This document shows positions 36,647-47,115 of a stretch of 64,000 nucleotides of DNA, one piece after another. Both the position numbers and the translations under genes were made by a program. Below the pieces are notes generated by a model, which saw only the letters and a list, made by a program, of their open reading frames with translations, was not told the DNA's origin and searched no databases. Source of the DNA: Gammaproteobacteria bacterium (GTDB taxonomy: Bacteria > Pseudomonadota > Gammaproteobacteria > SZUA-152); assembly GCA_011321815.1 (NCBI GenBank), contig DROS01000023.1:27653-91652 (forward strand), read 5' to 3'. Each line of letters starts with the position of its first letter. Positions within the stretch are counted from its first letter, which is position 1.

Positions 36647-36934
36647 AGTACTCTTTCAAGGTAATAAATTAGGATTCAGTTGGTCTGTCAGCGCTCAGGG
36701 CACCAACAGTAGGCGCTTTAGGCGGGGCGTGACTCGCAGCGAATGGCCTTAGTCCTTAGCAAGAGGCGCAACGCCGCCATGGACGCTGACAGGCCAATCC
36801 TTCGGGCGCTGCTGTGGTGCTTCGCCACTGCGTTGCAGCTTTTGATAAGGACAGGGCCATTACCTGCAAGCTGCGCCTTGTTGCGAAACACCACAGCAGC
36901 GCTGAACCCGACAATATAATATGGACAGAGTACT
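36647..36934. mobile_element. Nested-palindrome MITE/REP-like element, about 288 bp, non-coding
   Basis: Imperfect terminal inverted repeats AGTACTCT.../...AGAGTACT. Internal stems 36681-36693/36784-36796 (12/13) and 36806-36819/36889-36902 (14/14). GC-rich in an AT-rich context. Confidence 0.6.
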
Positions 36935-37043
36935 AGCCCGGCAACATGGTTACCCGGACTGTTAACATGATGTTATTACTTGATGCTGAATTACTCTGTT
37001 GAGCCGTAGCAGTCACAACCCCACGACGGCGCCTGCAAAAACA

Positions 37044-37646
37044 CTAAACATGTCTTCGATTGAGAAAAATAAGCTGAAAACCACCTGATCCGTAGCGAAT
37101 CCTGCTCAGACCCGCATTAATGACCTGAATGCGGTAAACCGCTACCGCTGGAATATCCAACACATGCGCCATCATTGCCCGAATCACTCCTGCATGGGCC
37201 ACCACCATAATATGTTGACCGGAAAAATCCGCCACAATGGTCTGCAATGCTTCGGATACCCGTGTGAAAAACACATCCAAGGGCTCCGCCCCCGGTGGAC
37301 GATCACTCACTGGATTGGCATAAAAGGCGTGGTAGCGGGATAAGTCACGTGCGTGTATTTCATCGTGGGTAAAACCTTCCCAGTCACCAAAACCAACCTC
37401 TTTTAAACGATCATCCACACGCAATGGAATATGGTGCTGCTGGCTCAGTTCACATGCAAAGGCATGGCAGCGAATGAGCGGCGAGGACACAATTTGCGTC
37501 CACGGGCAGCCACCTTCCACTGCCGCACGCATTTGCGTCCACCCCTTTTGGCTCAATGCATCATCAATAGAACTTCCCCGAAAGCGGCGGCCACCTTCTG
37601 GTTCTCCGTGGCGAATAAAATCGATTATCGTTTCCATGTTTACCAC
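37044..37646 (-). CDS. Histidine phosphatase family protein (CobC/GpmB-like)
   Basis: RHG motif (FIRHGE), SSPLIRC, LKEVGFGDWEG, VVAHAGVIR. Likely start is ATG 37637. Confidence 0.9.
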   Translation of the reverse strand: MVNMETIIDFIRHGEPEGGRRFRGSSIDDALSQKGWTQMRAAVEGGCPWTQIVSSPLIRCHAFACELSQQHHIPLRVDDRLKEVGFGDWEGFTHDEIHARDLSRYHAFYANPVSDRPPGAEPLDVFFTRVSEALQTIVADFSGQHIMVVAHAGVIRAMMAHVLDIPAVAVYRIQVINAGLSRIRYGSGGFQLIFLNRRHV

Positions 37647-37934
37647 TATCTTGTCAGTGCAGCATTATGCTGCGGTAATTTTCCCGGCAACGGTCCTGCA
37701 TGACCGGTCATCGTATCATTGGGTTCAATATGATATTACCGGGCTCAACGATACCGTGGCGTTTCGTCACGGCATCGCTCAAAGCTACGAGGAACTCACA
37801 GGCTCCTGGCTCATATACCCATAACAGCGGTAACAAATTCTGCGCCGTATGGTCTACTCTGTACTGTTTGATATAAAATGCGCAAGCGTTACCGGACGGG
37901 TGCGTCCTGCGCAGTGACTTTACAGGAACAAAAC

Positions 37935-38762
37935 ATGAATCAAAAAACTCACGACGATATCCGCCAGCATGTACGCGACAGCTATGCTGAAGTGGCTGAA
38001 GCCAATAACAACAGCAACAGCTGTGGTGTGGAAAGCAGCTGCTGCGGGGTATCTGATGACGAAGCCATTAACACCATCATTTCCACCCGCCTGGGCTATT
38101 CAGAAGACGAACGTGGCAGCGTGCCCGAAGGTGCCGACATGGGGCTGGGCTGCGGCAACCCGCGCGCCATTGCCAGCCTCAAGCCCGGAGAAACAGTGGT
38201 GGATCTGGGCAGCGGTGGCGGCTTTGATGCCTTTCTCGCTGCTCAGGAAGTGGGGGAAAACGGCCATGTCATCGGCATCGACATGACGCCCACGATGCTC
38301 AGCAAGGCACGTAGCAATGCGGAAAAAGCCAAATTCAAACAAGTGGAGTTCCGGCTGGGAGAAATAGAGCACCTGCCTGTGGCCGACAACACCGTCGATG
38401 TGATTATCTCCAACTGTGTGATTAACCTCTCACCCAACAAACACCAGGTGTTTCGTGATGCCCTGCGCATCCTCAAACCCGGGGGCCGTCTCGCCATTTC
38501 CGACATAGTCGCCAGCACCGAGATGCCGGAGGATATGAAAAACGACCCCCTGCTACACGCCGGCTGCATGGCCGGTGCCGAGCTGGTGGATGATCTGAAA
38601 GCGATGATGAGTGAAGCCGGCTTTGAGAATATTCGTATCGCGCCCAAAGATGAGTCCAGGGACTTTATCAAAGACTGGGCGCCAGGACGTGGCGTGGAAG
38701 ACTACGTGCTGTCCGCCACCATTGAGGCAATTAAACCAACAAGCAAAGGATGTTGCTGTTAG
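37935..38762 (+). CDS. arsM: Arsenite S-adenosylmethionine methyltransferase
   Basis: [38 protein letters not shown] and a C-terminal GCCC. ATG 37935 follows CAGGA. Confidence 0.88.
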   Translation: MNQKTHDDIRQHVRDSYAEVAEANNNSNSCGVESSCCGVSDDEAINTIISTRLGYSEDERGSVPEGADMGLGCGNPRAIASLKPGETVVDLGSGGGFDAFLAAQEVGENGHVIGIDMTPTMLSKARSNAEKAKFKQVEFRLGEIEHLPVADNTVDVIISNCVINLSPNKHQVFRDALRILKPGGRLAISDIVASTEMPEDMKNDPLLHAGCMAGAELVDDLKAMMSEAGFENIRIAPKDESRDFIKDWAPGRGVEDYVLSATIEAIKPTSKGCCC

Positions 38763-39195
38763 TCAATTTAAAAGACGGCCTTTTTCCCATACATACAACA
38801 TGTTCTGGTGGAAAGCGGGACAAGGCCGCTGGTGGAAAGAATAAAAAGAACATACACGTTCCTAATATGTCTTAACCCGCCACTCATTGCTCCGGAATAT
38901 TTTTTCTGGGGCATGGCTGCCTTGATATCGGCAGATTTTGTGTATTTATCCGCCTCCCTGGCATTGGTGCATCAACCAGTAGCGTTATCACACCCAAACC
39001 AGCCCCCTCCTCTTCGCCGCATACCACAGCACTGCCTGTTTGACTCACCCCACGCGCCATAAAAAGTGAACAATTCGTGACTGATTCGTGATGTTTGAAT
39101 CGGCTGGGCAGCGGACACTGACCAGGCTCGCACCTGTTTACACAGGCAAGCAGGCACTAACAAAGATTTTTTCTCAATCAGCCCGGAGGTTCAAC

Positions 39196-39951
39196 ATGAA
39201 CGGAAATGCACGCTCTACAACCCGAAATGGCTTTCGCAAACATTCGCTGGCACTCGCGCTGGCAGCTTTCGCCACGGCCTTTGCAACCAGTGCCACCCAA
39301 GCCGCAAACTGGGATGTCACCATTACCAATCTCACCAATGGCAATTATTTTACGCCACTGCTGGTAACAGCCCACGATAACAATACACATTTATTTCAGG
39401 TTGGCATGCCAGCCTCGCTGCCCATCGAACACATGGCAGAATGTGGCCACCTCAACCCATTGCTATCCACACCTGAAGTTGGTGCCATTGATGCGGACAC
39501 CATCGCCGACCCGGCCACAGGCCTGCTGGCTCCTGGCACCAGCACCACGGCAATGCTTGTCACTACAGCAACCCATCTCAGCATTGTCGCCATGGTATTA
39601 CCCACCAACGACGCCTTCCTGGGGCTGGAGGGTCAGCTCATCCCCAGCGAAGCCGGTACCTACACCTACTACGTTAACGCCTACGACGCCGGAACTGAAG
39701 CCAATGATGAAGTGTTGATGACAACAGGCGCTTGCGCATATACCGACAACGGCATGATACCCGGCGCTCCCGGAATGGACGCAGGTACAAATGGAACCGG
39801 CGTTGCCGCAACCGACAGCAATACAATGATCCATGTACACCGCGGCGTGCTGGGCGACCAGAATCCCACAGGCGGCAACAGCGATCTGGACAGCACCATT
39901 CACCGTTGGCAAAACCCGGTGGCCAGGATCACTGTCACCGTCACACCGTAA
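39196..39951 (+). CDS. Secreted spondin-domain protein
   Basis: Signal peptide; VTITNLTNGNYFTPLLV, MVLPTNDAF, YDAGTEANDE, HRG, HRWQNP. ATG follows GGAGG. Confidence 0.85.
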   Translation: MNGNARSTTRNGFRKHSLALALAAFATAFATSATQAANWDVTITNLTNGNYFTPLLVTAHDNNTHLFQVGMPASLPIEHMAECGHLNPLLSTPEVGAIDADTIADPATGLLAPGTSTTAMLVTTATHLSIVAMVLPTNDAFLGLEGQLIPSEAGTYTYYVNAYDAGTEANDEVLMTTGACAYTDNGMIPGAPGMDAGTNGTGVAATDSNTMIHVHRGVLGDQNPTGGNSDLDSTIHRWQNPVARITVTVTP

Positions 39952-39967
39952 AAAAGAGGAGGATACT

Positions 39968-40702
39968 ATGCGACTTTTTCATCTTTTTACCAACAACATC
40001 CCATCGTATCTGGCCATCACTGTTATCTCGGCAGGCTTGCTGACACTCAGCGCCTGCAAGCATAATGACGACGATGACGACATGATGACACAAGCCACTT
40101 ACGATATTACAGTGTACAACCTCACCAACGGCCAACCCTTTACTCCCCTCGGTATCGTAGTACATGAGCCCACCTATATACCGTGGCAACTGGGCGAAGC
40201 GGTAAGCACAGGCCTGGAAACATTGGCCGAGTCAGGTGATCCATCAGCCTTTCTCAGTGAAGCCGATGCCAATAACGCAGTGGTAATGAGCGTCAGCTCC
40301 AGCAACGGGCCATTCGGACCCGGCAATTCAGAAACAGTGTCCATCACGGTCGATCATGCAGCCAGTCTGCAACTCACTGTCGCCAGCATGTTGGCCAATA
40401 CCAATGATGGCTTTACTGGCGTGAGTAACTGGGGCATTGGTGAACTGGCCGCAGGCGACAGCACTTCGATCATGACACATGTATTCGATGCCGGCACTGA
40501 GGCCAATAGTGAAACCGCAGACAGCATACCGGGACCGGCAGCCATGGGCGAAGGTTTTAATATTGCCCGGGATGATCTGGATCGGCTCACCATTCATCGC
40601 GGTGTGGTGACAGCCGATGATGGCCTGATGACATCCGCCCTCAATGAGTCACATCGCTGGCTTGGTCAGGCAGCAAAAGTAGTTGTTACGCGGACACAGT
40701 AA
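39968..40702 (+). CDS. Spondin-domain lipoprotein
   Basis: Lipobox LTLSAC, Asp run, NLTNGQPFTP, MLANTNDGF, FDAGTEANSE, HRG, HRW. ATG follows GAGGAGG. Confidence 0.85.
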   Translation: MRLFHLFTNNIPSYLAITVISAGLLTLSACKHNDDDDDMMTQATYDITVYNLTNGQPFTPLGIVVHEPTYIPWQLGEAVSTGLETLAESGDPSAFLSEADANNAVVMSVSSSNGPFGPGNSETVSITVDHAASLQLTVASMLANTNDGFTGVSNWGIGELAAGDSTSIMTHVFDAGTEANSETADSIPGPAAMGEGFNIARDDLDRLTIHRGVVTADDGLMTSALNESHRWLGQAAKVVVTRTQ

Positions 40703-40728
40703 TTAATGTCAATACGTTGCGCGCCGGA

Positions 40729-40758
40729 TTCGGCCTCTTGAAGGGTAAAGAGGCCGAA
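40729..40758. terminator. Probable bidirectional intrinsic terminator
   Basis: TTCGGCCTCTT / AAGAGGCCGAA perfect 11-bp stem between convergent genes, followed by cactttt. Confidence 0.7.
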
Positions 40759-40779
40759 GCCACTTTTAACCCAAATCAA

Positions 40780-42861
40780 TCAGGACCATTCACTCTTCGG
40801 CACCACTACCGCAGGCAAACTGATCACAAAGGTTGAGCCCTTGCCTTCTTCGCTGCTGACCTCGATATCACCACCCATGATACGGCACAATGTCCGGCTG
40901 ATCGTCAACCCCAGGCCAGTGCCTTCATTCTCTGCCAACGTGTTGTTATGCGCCTGTTGAAAGGCCTGAAATAAAGTGGAAGTTTGTGTTTTATTCATGC
41001 CAATGCCGGTATCACTAACGGTAAAAAACAATGTGGCATCATCCGAAGCTTCCGTACGCCGCACGCTGAGTTCAACATCACCACCATAGGTAAACTTGGC
41101 CGCATTACTTAACAAATTAAGGATTAACTGCCGGACCCACATACTGTCCGCCACCATCTTCCCAAGATCACCCTCACAATTCACCCGCAACCTGTTATTG
41201 TTTTTTTTCATCAACATGCCAACAGTAGATGACACATCATCCACCAACGAAGCCACATGAAAATCCTCCAGCCTCATTTCCATTTTACCGGCTTCAATTT
41301 TTGACAAATCCAGCACACTGTTAATTAACTTCAAAAGATGATGGCCGGACAAATAAATTTTATTAAGATCAACGGACAATTCGCCTGCACCCAGAACCCT
41401 GGCATCATCACGCAACAATTCACTATAGCCAATAATGGCATTCAGAGGTGTACGCAACTCATGGCTCATGTTGGCAAGAAACGTACTTTTCGCCCGGTTT
41501 GCCTGCTCAGCCTGTTCACGCATGATCTGTAAATCAGCGGTACGTACACGCACTAACTCCTCCAACCGATGTCGATGTGCATGCAGTTCTTCCTCTGCTT
41601 CTTTCTTTTCGGTAATGTCGCGAAAAAAAACTGACAACCCATCAGGATGTGCATAAGCTCGCGTTTCCACCCACACATTCAATGGCGAATAATAAACTTC
41701 AAGTACAGCACCAGAATCCTCGCGAACAGCCCGCTGAAAATAATCATAAAACACCGTGGAAAAATCCGGCAGTTTATCCCACAAAATCTGGCCCAACACA
41801 TCCTCGCGCAGCACCTGAAACAATTGCTCTGCCTGTCGGTTGCAATAGGTGATAATGTAATTTTCATTCAATGCCAAATAAGCATCGCTAGTGGATTCCA
41901 GCAAATGAACAACACGTTGATTGGCGCGTTGCAAAGCGGCTACCGCCATTTTCCGTTCAGTAACATCACGCAAAAATACTTTTATCATTGGCACACCATC
42001 AGGCATGATCAAATTGGCATGCACATCAACAAACAGATTTTCGACGTCAGGTTTCTCAACAGTTGCTTCAAAAAATATTGCGCCAACTTTCCTTATATCC
42101 CGCAAAGCCTGTAACCGGTGAACATCTTCGGAAAAATACCGTGCCAGATCATTGTCCAGCAACTCCCCTGCAGCCACACCAAATAATTTTTCCGCAGGTA
42201 TATTTGCTTCCCGCACCAGTAGATTTTCATCCAATACCACAACAGGGCAGTCAGCCATTTCATTTAATATATGAAAGCGTTCCTGTCGCTGTAGTTCGTT
42301 ATCCACACTCACTACTGCTTTAGGTTTATTCTTTTCCGGCATATTTATGCTGTCAGCCACATCAACAGCCTGTGCTTCAGACAGAAGATGGCCCAACATT
42401 TTTGCCGCTTGATCCGCTACCGAAATTTCATCTTCGGAAAACATATCATCGAATCTGTCACGACCAACCACCACTGCACCGAATGGCTCACCTTTCCGGA
42501 AAACCGGCGCTACCAACATATGATGCATACCAAATAATTCTGCAAAAACAGCTTCATCTTCCCGCGTGTTCGCCAGTAGTGTAAACGTTGAAACATCTCC
42601 GGATTTAAGCACCAGAGAAACAATGGAGGTATCCGACAAGGTCACAAGCTGTTGACTGTTTTTAACTGCCGTGGCTGCTGAATGCGTCACCATAGACAGG
42701 CGACCGGTTTGTTTATCACGAATCAACACCAGTTGTGCGCCAGCTGGCAATCGCCGCTTTAAACCAGGAAAATTAGCTCGCACACACCGGCCGATTGATT
42801 CCATCGACTGGAGTGCATTGGGAAAAAGTTGTGTGACGTCTGACCGTCTGACACTGGACAT
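40780..42861 (-). CDS. GAF-PAS-PAS sensor histidine kinase
   Basis: H-box FLANMSHELRTPLNAIIG, N-box NLLSNAAKFT, G1 DTGIGM, G2 GTGLGL; PAS/PAC (YAHPDGLSVFFRDITE). Confidence 0.92.
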   Translation of the reverse strand: MSSVRRSDVTQLFPNALQSMESIGRCVRANFPGLKRRLPAGAQLVLIRDKQTGRLSMVTHSAATAVKNSQQLVTLSDTSIVSLVLKSGDVSTFTLLANTREDEAVFAELFGMHHMLVAPVFRKGEPFGAVVVGRDRFDDMFSEDEISVADQAAKMLGHLLSEAQAVDVADSINMPEKNKPKAVVSVDNELQRQERFHILNEMADCPVVVLDENLLVREANIPAEKLFGVAAGELLDNDLARYFSEDVHRLQALRDIRKVGAIFFEATVEKPDVENLFVDVHANLIMPDGVPMIKVFLRDVTERKMAVAALQRANQRVVHLLESTSDAYLALNENYIITYCNRQAEQLFQVLREDVLGQILWDKLPDFSTVFYDYFQRAVREDSGAVLEVYYSPLNVWVETRAYAHPDGLSVFFRDITEKKEAEEELHAHRHRLEELVRVRTADLQIMREQAEQANRAKSTFLANMSHELRTPLNAIIGYSELLRDDARVLGAGELSVDLNKIYLSGHHLLKLINSVLDLSKIEAGKMEMRLEDFHVASLVDDVSSTVGMLMKKNNNRLRVNCEGDLGKMVADSMWVRQLILNLLSNAAKFTYGGDVELSVRRTEASDDATLFFTVSDTGIGMNKTQTSTLFQAFQQAHNNTLAENEGTGLGLTISRTLCRIMGGDIEVSSEEGKGSTFVISLPAVVVPKSEWS

Positions 42862-43136
42862 AATACAAATAGATATTCACCGCATACTGCTGCAAATATA
42901 TCAACCTCTGGTCATTGGAAACCCAAAAACAATCGGCAAAATTTCACTCCGCGCCAACACCTTCCTGATTTTGATAATCCCGTTCCTTATATGGGAAAGG
43001 CTTTTTCATTCATCAGACACCCAGCACTATCGGCCAACAATATTGAAGCTTGAACACTGCCCTTATCAGACTTTATTGGTAACTATTCAGCTTTATTTTT
43101 TCAACGATACAACACCTGTTCAGACCACCTTTGTTT

Positions 43137-43850
43137 TCATGCTTTTAATGATAATGCCGTGACCTCAATCCGGCTTCCACAGACAACCCACTTCACATCA
43201 AGATCATAAAGACGCATACCAAATGATTGTTTATCCTTACGCCCGACACGGTACGCAGGACGTGGGTCCGCTTGTAAAACCTGCTCAATCAGCGAACGCA
43301 GGCCCGGGTATTGCGCCTGCTCCCACCTTGCACATTGCGCGGTGGCCAGTTCGTTGAACACCACCGTCATCTCATTATGTGGGGGCTGTGCCGCAAAACC
43401 GCCGCACGCATCTGGCAGGGCATCGGCATAAGGTAAATAGGGCTTGATATCCAGCACGGGAGTGCCATCCAGAAAATCACCGCCACGCAATCTCAACTGA
43501 CAATGACCATTGTCACACTGAATGTCCTCCAGCATAACCGCAGACAGGCCAATCGGGTTGGGACGAAACGGCGAGCGAGAGGCAAACACACCAATGCGCT
43601 GATTGCCTCCCAGGCGCGGTGGCCGCACAGTGGGTTTCCACTCATCACGCATCGCCTGGTGGAATACAAATATTACCCAAACGTGCGAGAAGCCCCGTAA
43701 TTCCATCAATGCTTCAGGGCGATCATAGGGCGCATATAGCTCCAGTGTAACCGGCGCCGCCGTTACCAAACCCGACTGCCGTGGAATACCAAATTTTTCG
43801 GTATAACAGGAATGAATAATTCCGATGGGCTGGAAATCAAAGCTGTGCAT
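43137..43850 (-). CDS. trmO: tRNA (N6-threonylcarbamoyladenosine(37)-N6)-methyltransferase
   Basis: EKFGIPRQSGLV, GVFASRSPFRPNPIGLS, DGTPVLDIKPYLPYAD, QDPRPAY-like C-terminus. Confidence 0.93.
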   Translation of the reverse strand: MHSFDFQPIGIIHSCYTEKFGIPRQSGLVTAAPVTLELYAPYDRPEALMELRGFSHVWVIFVFHQAMRDEWKPTVRPPRLGGNQRIGVFASRSPFRPNPIGLSAVMLEDIQCDNGHCQLRLRGGDFLDGTPVLDIKPYLPYADALPDACGGFAAQPPHNEMTVVFNELATAQCARWEQAQYPGLRSLIEQVLQADPRPAYRVGRKDKQSFGMRLYDLDVKWVVCGSRIEVTALSLKA

Positions 43851-43941
43851 ATGTCTTCCCGGGCCCGTCATATTACATCATATTTGAAGTTAACCGCCGC
43901 TAACCTTATGATAGCCGCCAATCTCCTGGAATACACTCCGC

Positions 43942-44412
43942 ATGAAACCATTCCGCTTAAGAAACTTATTCACCAGTAATGCCAAGGCCGTCAAGGAACG
44001 ACGGCGCAACTCACGGCCCACAAACGGTTATGACTTTACGATACTCATTGTGGATGACTCACGCACAGCGATTGCCACATTCACCAAAATGCTCACACAG
44101 GCCGGTTTTAAAACCATCTCGGCCACCGACGGGCGTGAAGGCGTTGCTGCGGCCAAAAAACACTTGCCCGACCTGATTTTGATGGATGTTGTTATGCCTG
44201 GTTTAAACGGCTTTCAGGCCACACGCCAGATACGCAAAAACACCACTACCGCACACATACCCATTATCATTATCAGCGGCGAGCAACAGGCCACTGAACA
44301 ATTTTGGGGAAAACGGGTTGGCGCCAACGCCTTTCTGACAAAATCCGTTGATCGGGGACAGCTTTTTGAGGGAATATTTGAAATGCTGGATAAAAAGGCC
44401 GAGGGTCAATAA
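43942..44412 (+). CDS. Single-domain response regulator, PilH-like, with a basic N-terminal extension
   Basis: LIVDDS, phospho-acceptor DLILMDVVMPGLNGFQATR, FWGKRVGANAFLTK. Confidence 0.88.
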   Translation: MKPFRLRNLFTSNAKAVKERRRNSRPTNGYDFTILIVDDSRTAIATFTKMLTQAGFKTISATDGREGVAAAKKHLPDLILMDVVMPGLNGFQATRQIRKNTTTAHIPIIIISGEQQATEQFWGKRVGANAFLTKSVDRGQLFEGIFEMLDKKAEGQ

Positions 44413-44449
44413 CCGGTGTTTCGCCCTTCTTACCCCCCCCCGGCACTCG

Positions 44450-45082
44450 TCAATATTTGTAAGTCAGTGTCAAAAGATGAAAATTGATGCCCTTGTTAGG
44501 TACCCGGACAGAGCCGTTGGAATAATGCTGGAATTTATAAGCAAATCCCCATTGGTTTCGTTTGCCAACATTTGCGCCAACGCTGAACATATCTGAAAAC
44601 TGGAAATTTGAACCAAACTCGTGTTCCTGGAAGCGACTGACCGTAAACAGATAAACCCCCACACCCACATCCAGATACGGCTGGACATAACCGTCCTTTC
44701 CCGTAAAACGAAACATTGGTGTAAAACCCGCTGTCATGTTAACCCCTCCCTGGCTGGAGTCTTTGGTACTTTGCCATCTTGAGATATCAAACTGCCAATA
44801 GGAACTTAATTTCCAGCCAAATACCTCCATAAGATCATCATTCCAGTCCCATTGTGCTCCCACACGCGCCACATAGACATGATCACCACCGCCCATTTCC
44901 GTCGACATACTTCTGGCTTTAAGTGGGTTGGTTGCAACAATCAACACCGCTGTTGTGGTTGCCGATGCCTTCCACAGGGTGGATTCAAATGGGTCAGTAG
45001 CCTGTGCTTGCGCCGCCAAAAAGAAAAAAAGAAAAAGTGTGGCCAGTACGGCCTTCAACGATGGAAAAGAAAAAATACGCAT
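44450..45082 (-). CDS. Acyloxyacyl hydrolase / PagL-like outer-membrane beta-barrel
   Basis: Signal peptide; FQFSD, QHYSNG...PNKGINF (His-Ser catalytic motif); aromatic C-terminal residue. Confidence 0.8.
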   Translation of the reverse strand: MRIFSFPSLKAVLATLFLFFFLAAQAQATDPFESTLWKASATTTAVLIVATNPLKARSMSTEMGGGDHVYVARVGAQWDWNDDLMEVFGWKLSSYWQFDISRWQSTKDSSQGGVNMTAGFTPMFRFTGKDGYVQPYLDVGVGVYLFTVSRFQEHEFGSNFQFSDMFSVGANVGKRNQWGFAYKFQHYSNGSVRVPNKGINFHLLTLTYKY

Positions 45083-45334
45083 GTACTTACATTACCGTGT
45101 AGGTTTATAAACGCCACGCAGTATATCGGAGGGTATTTATCCGGTCCAGAAATCCGCGCCACCAATAACAGACAAACCTCATGGTGGTTATTTCAGCCTG
45201 ATTACTACACTGGATTCTATACCCGTGGCGATTGAGATTTAGGTTATGACTCATGACGCAGCCTGATCATGCAACAAAACAGCTCGCACATTGCTTGCAT
45301 TTACCAGAATCCTGCTGAGTCTGGCCACACACCG

Positions 45335-45859
45335 CTATCGGGCATAAAAAATCTTAATCAGCGTCTGCGCCCCTGGCAGCATTTGACGCAGCAGCTTTTT
45401 GTCACCATCCCGATAATAGTTTTCCATTTTGTGAATGCCGACATGCGGCTCTTCGGGTTTAAAAAAATTGAGGTTGCCATGTTGTGCAAAATAATAGGCC
45501 GACATCAGCTCGGCATTACGCCAGGAGGGCAGCTGCTTTTTATAAAAGGCAATGACAGATTCATAATCATTCGTGGTAATCAATTCAATAATAGGCAACC
45601 CCTCATATTTTGGTGGCCGCTCTTTCACTGCGAAAGTACGAATAACAACGGCGCCAGGGTACGCAGGAATGCCCACCCGTGCAGCTTCAGGAATGACCGA
45701 ATCACGGGCGCTTTTCACCTGATAACCATCCGCCATATCAGCAGGAATCTGTGGCCGTGGGGCAAAAGGCTCCGCCATCACATTCGTCGACACACTGGCT
45801 AAAAAAAGCAAAAGGCCACCGACGCTCGCGGCAGCCTTGCTGACAACGTTTGATTTCAT
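45335..45859 (-). CDS. Hypothetical secreted protein
   Basis: 174 aa with a signal-peptide-like N-terminus. No family recognised. Confidence 0.65.
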   Translation of the reverse strand: MKSNVVSKAAASVGGLLLFLASVSTNVMAEPFAPRPQIPADMADGYQVKSARDSVIPEAARVGIPAYPGAVVIRTFAVKERPPKYEGLPIIELITTNDYESVIAFYKKQLPSWRNAELMSAYYFAQHGNLNFFKPEEPHVGIHKMENYYRDGDKKLLRQMLPGAQTLIKIFYAR

Positions 45860-46033
45860 AATTTTCTCTGCCTGGAATTTATTTTTAACTCGCAGTAACT
45901 ACCCGGTTTATCGTTGATTTACTCGATTTCTGCGTCAAAAGGGCTTATTTACACATGTAAATTCCACACTTTCCCCTTGTTCTCGAACAAGTCAAAAACA
46001 AACTGATCTGGAAAACAGCTCACACAACAGCCG

Positions 46034-46360
46034 TTAAGCTGGCAGCCACAAACCGGTATACTCATTGACATCGGCTTCCACCAGTCGCCCGCCCACATAC
46101 AATTTTTCTATCTCATCGCGACCGATGGCCTTTTCCACACCGTCCGGGTATTCGTAACGCCATTCCTTGTTGATCACCAATTCAAACATGGTCACCATAA
46201 TGTCATCGAAACGTATCGCATGATCGTCGGCCATGCGCTTAAACTCGCTGATGCGCAAACCCCGTCCCCGCTTTTCCGCCTCTTCCTTTGCCAAAGCAGC
46301 CAGCGCGATATCCCACTTTGGCACTTCCTCGTCAAAACCTTTTAACGCATCAATCACCAT
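46034..46360 (-). CDS. Hypothetical protein
   Basis: 108-aa acidic ORF, ATG after a GAGG RBS, protein-like composition. Confidence 0.7.
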   Translation of the reverse strand: MVIDALKGFDEEVPKWDIALAALAKEEAEKRGRGLRISEFKRMADDHAIRFDDIMVTMFELVINKEWRYEYPDGVEKAIGRDEIEKLYVGGRLVEADVNEYTGLWLPA

Positions 46361-46396
46361 GTCTGCCTCTCAATGTTATTTCAAGGGCTATATGAT

Positions 46397-46434
46397 TTTC
46401 CCTGCTCCCTGTTAATTTCCCTGCTCCCTGTTAA
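46397..46434 (+). repeat. Perfect 19-bp tandem duplication
   Basis: tttccctgctccctgttaa x2 (46397-46415, 46416-46434). Confidence 0.9.
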
Positions 46435-46512
46435 AAAGTGTAACCACAAGCGAGCATACCTTCAAGCCGAAACGGTTTCGACATTATACCAAACCGGGCA
46501 GAACCACCTGTT

Positions 46513-47115
46513 TTACTCCGAAAAATCCACCCCGGTACCACCCATACCACAATATCCATCAGGGTTTTTCGCCAAATACTGCTGATGATAATCTTCCGCA
46601 AAATAAAATGGTGGCGCAGCGATGATTTCAGTGCCGATCAGCGGATAACCGGCCGCCGTTAACTTCTGCTGATAACGTGCCCGCGTTTCTTCTGCCTGCC
46701 GCCGCTGTGATTCATCATACACATAAATACCTGATCGATATTGCGTGCCACAATCATTGCCCTGCCTCATACCCTGCGTGGGGTCATGCCCCTCCCAAAA
46801 CAAATTCAACAAAGTGGTAAAAGACACTATTTCCGGGTCAAACACCACTCGCACCACTTCATTATGACCCGTCAGACCACTGCACACTTCCTGGTAAGTG
46901 GGGTTGAGCGTAGTGCCGGCAGCATAGCCCACCGCCGTGGAATACACACCGGGCAATTGCCAGAATATTTTTTCCGCCCCCCAAAAACAACCCATGCCAA
47001 ACATCGCCAGCTGTAAACCCTGCGGAAACGGACCCTGTAACGGATTACCAGTAACAAAATGCCTGGCTGCTATCGGCATGGGAGTATCACGCCCTGGCAA
47101 AATTTTCACCATCAC
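46513..47115 (-). CDS. msrA: Peptide-methionine (S)-S-oxide reductase
   Basis: [51 protein letters not shown]. Confidence 0.97.
   Translation of the reverse strand: MMVKILPGRDTPMPIAARHFVTGNPLQGPFPQGLQLAMFGMGCFWGAEKIFWQLPGVYSTAVGYAAGTTLNPTYQEVCSGLTGHNEVVRVVFDPEIVSFTTLLNLFWEGHDPTQGMRQGNDCGTQYRSGIYVYDESQRRQAEETRARYQQKLTAAGYPLIGTEIIAAPPFYFAEDYHQQYLAKNPDGYCGMGGTGVDFSE

Noticed and set aside
37650-37930. Possible cobalamin riboswitch upstream of the CobC-like phosphatase (minus strand has gagccaggagcctg)
   Set aside because: Only the 3' word resembles the B12 box. The GGGAA and CCCGCnACTGT core elements are absent. An Rfam/Infernal scan would settle it.
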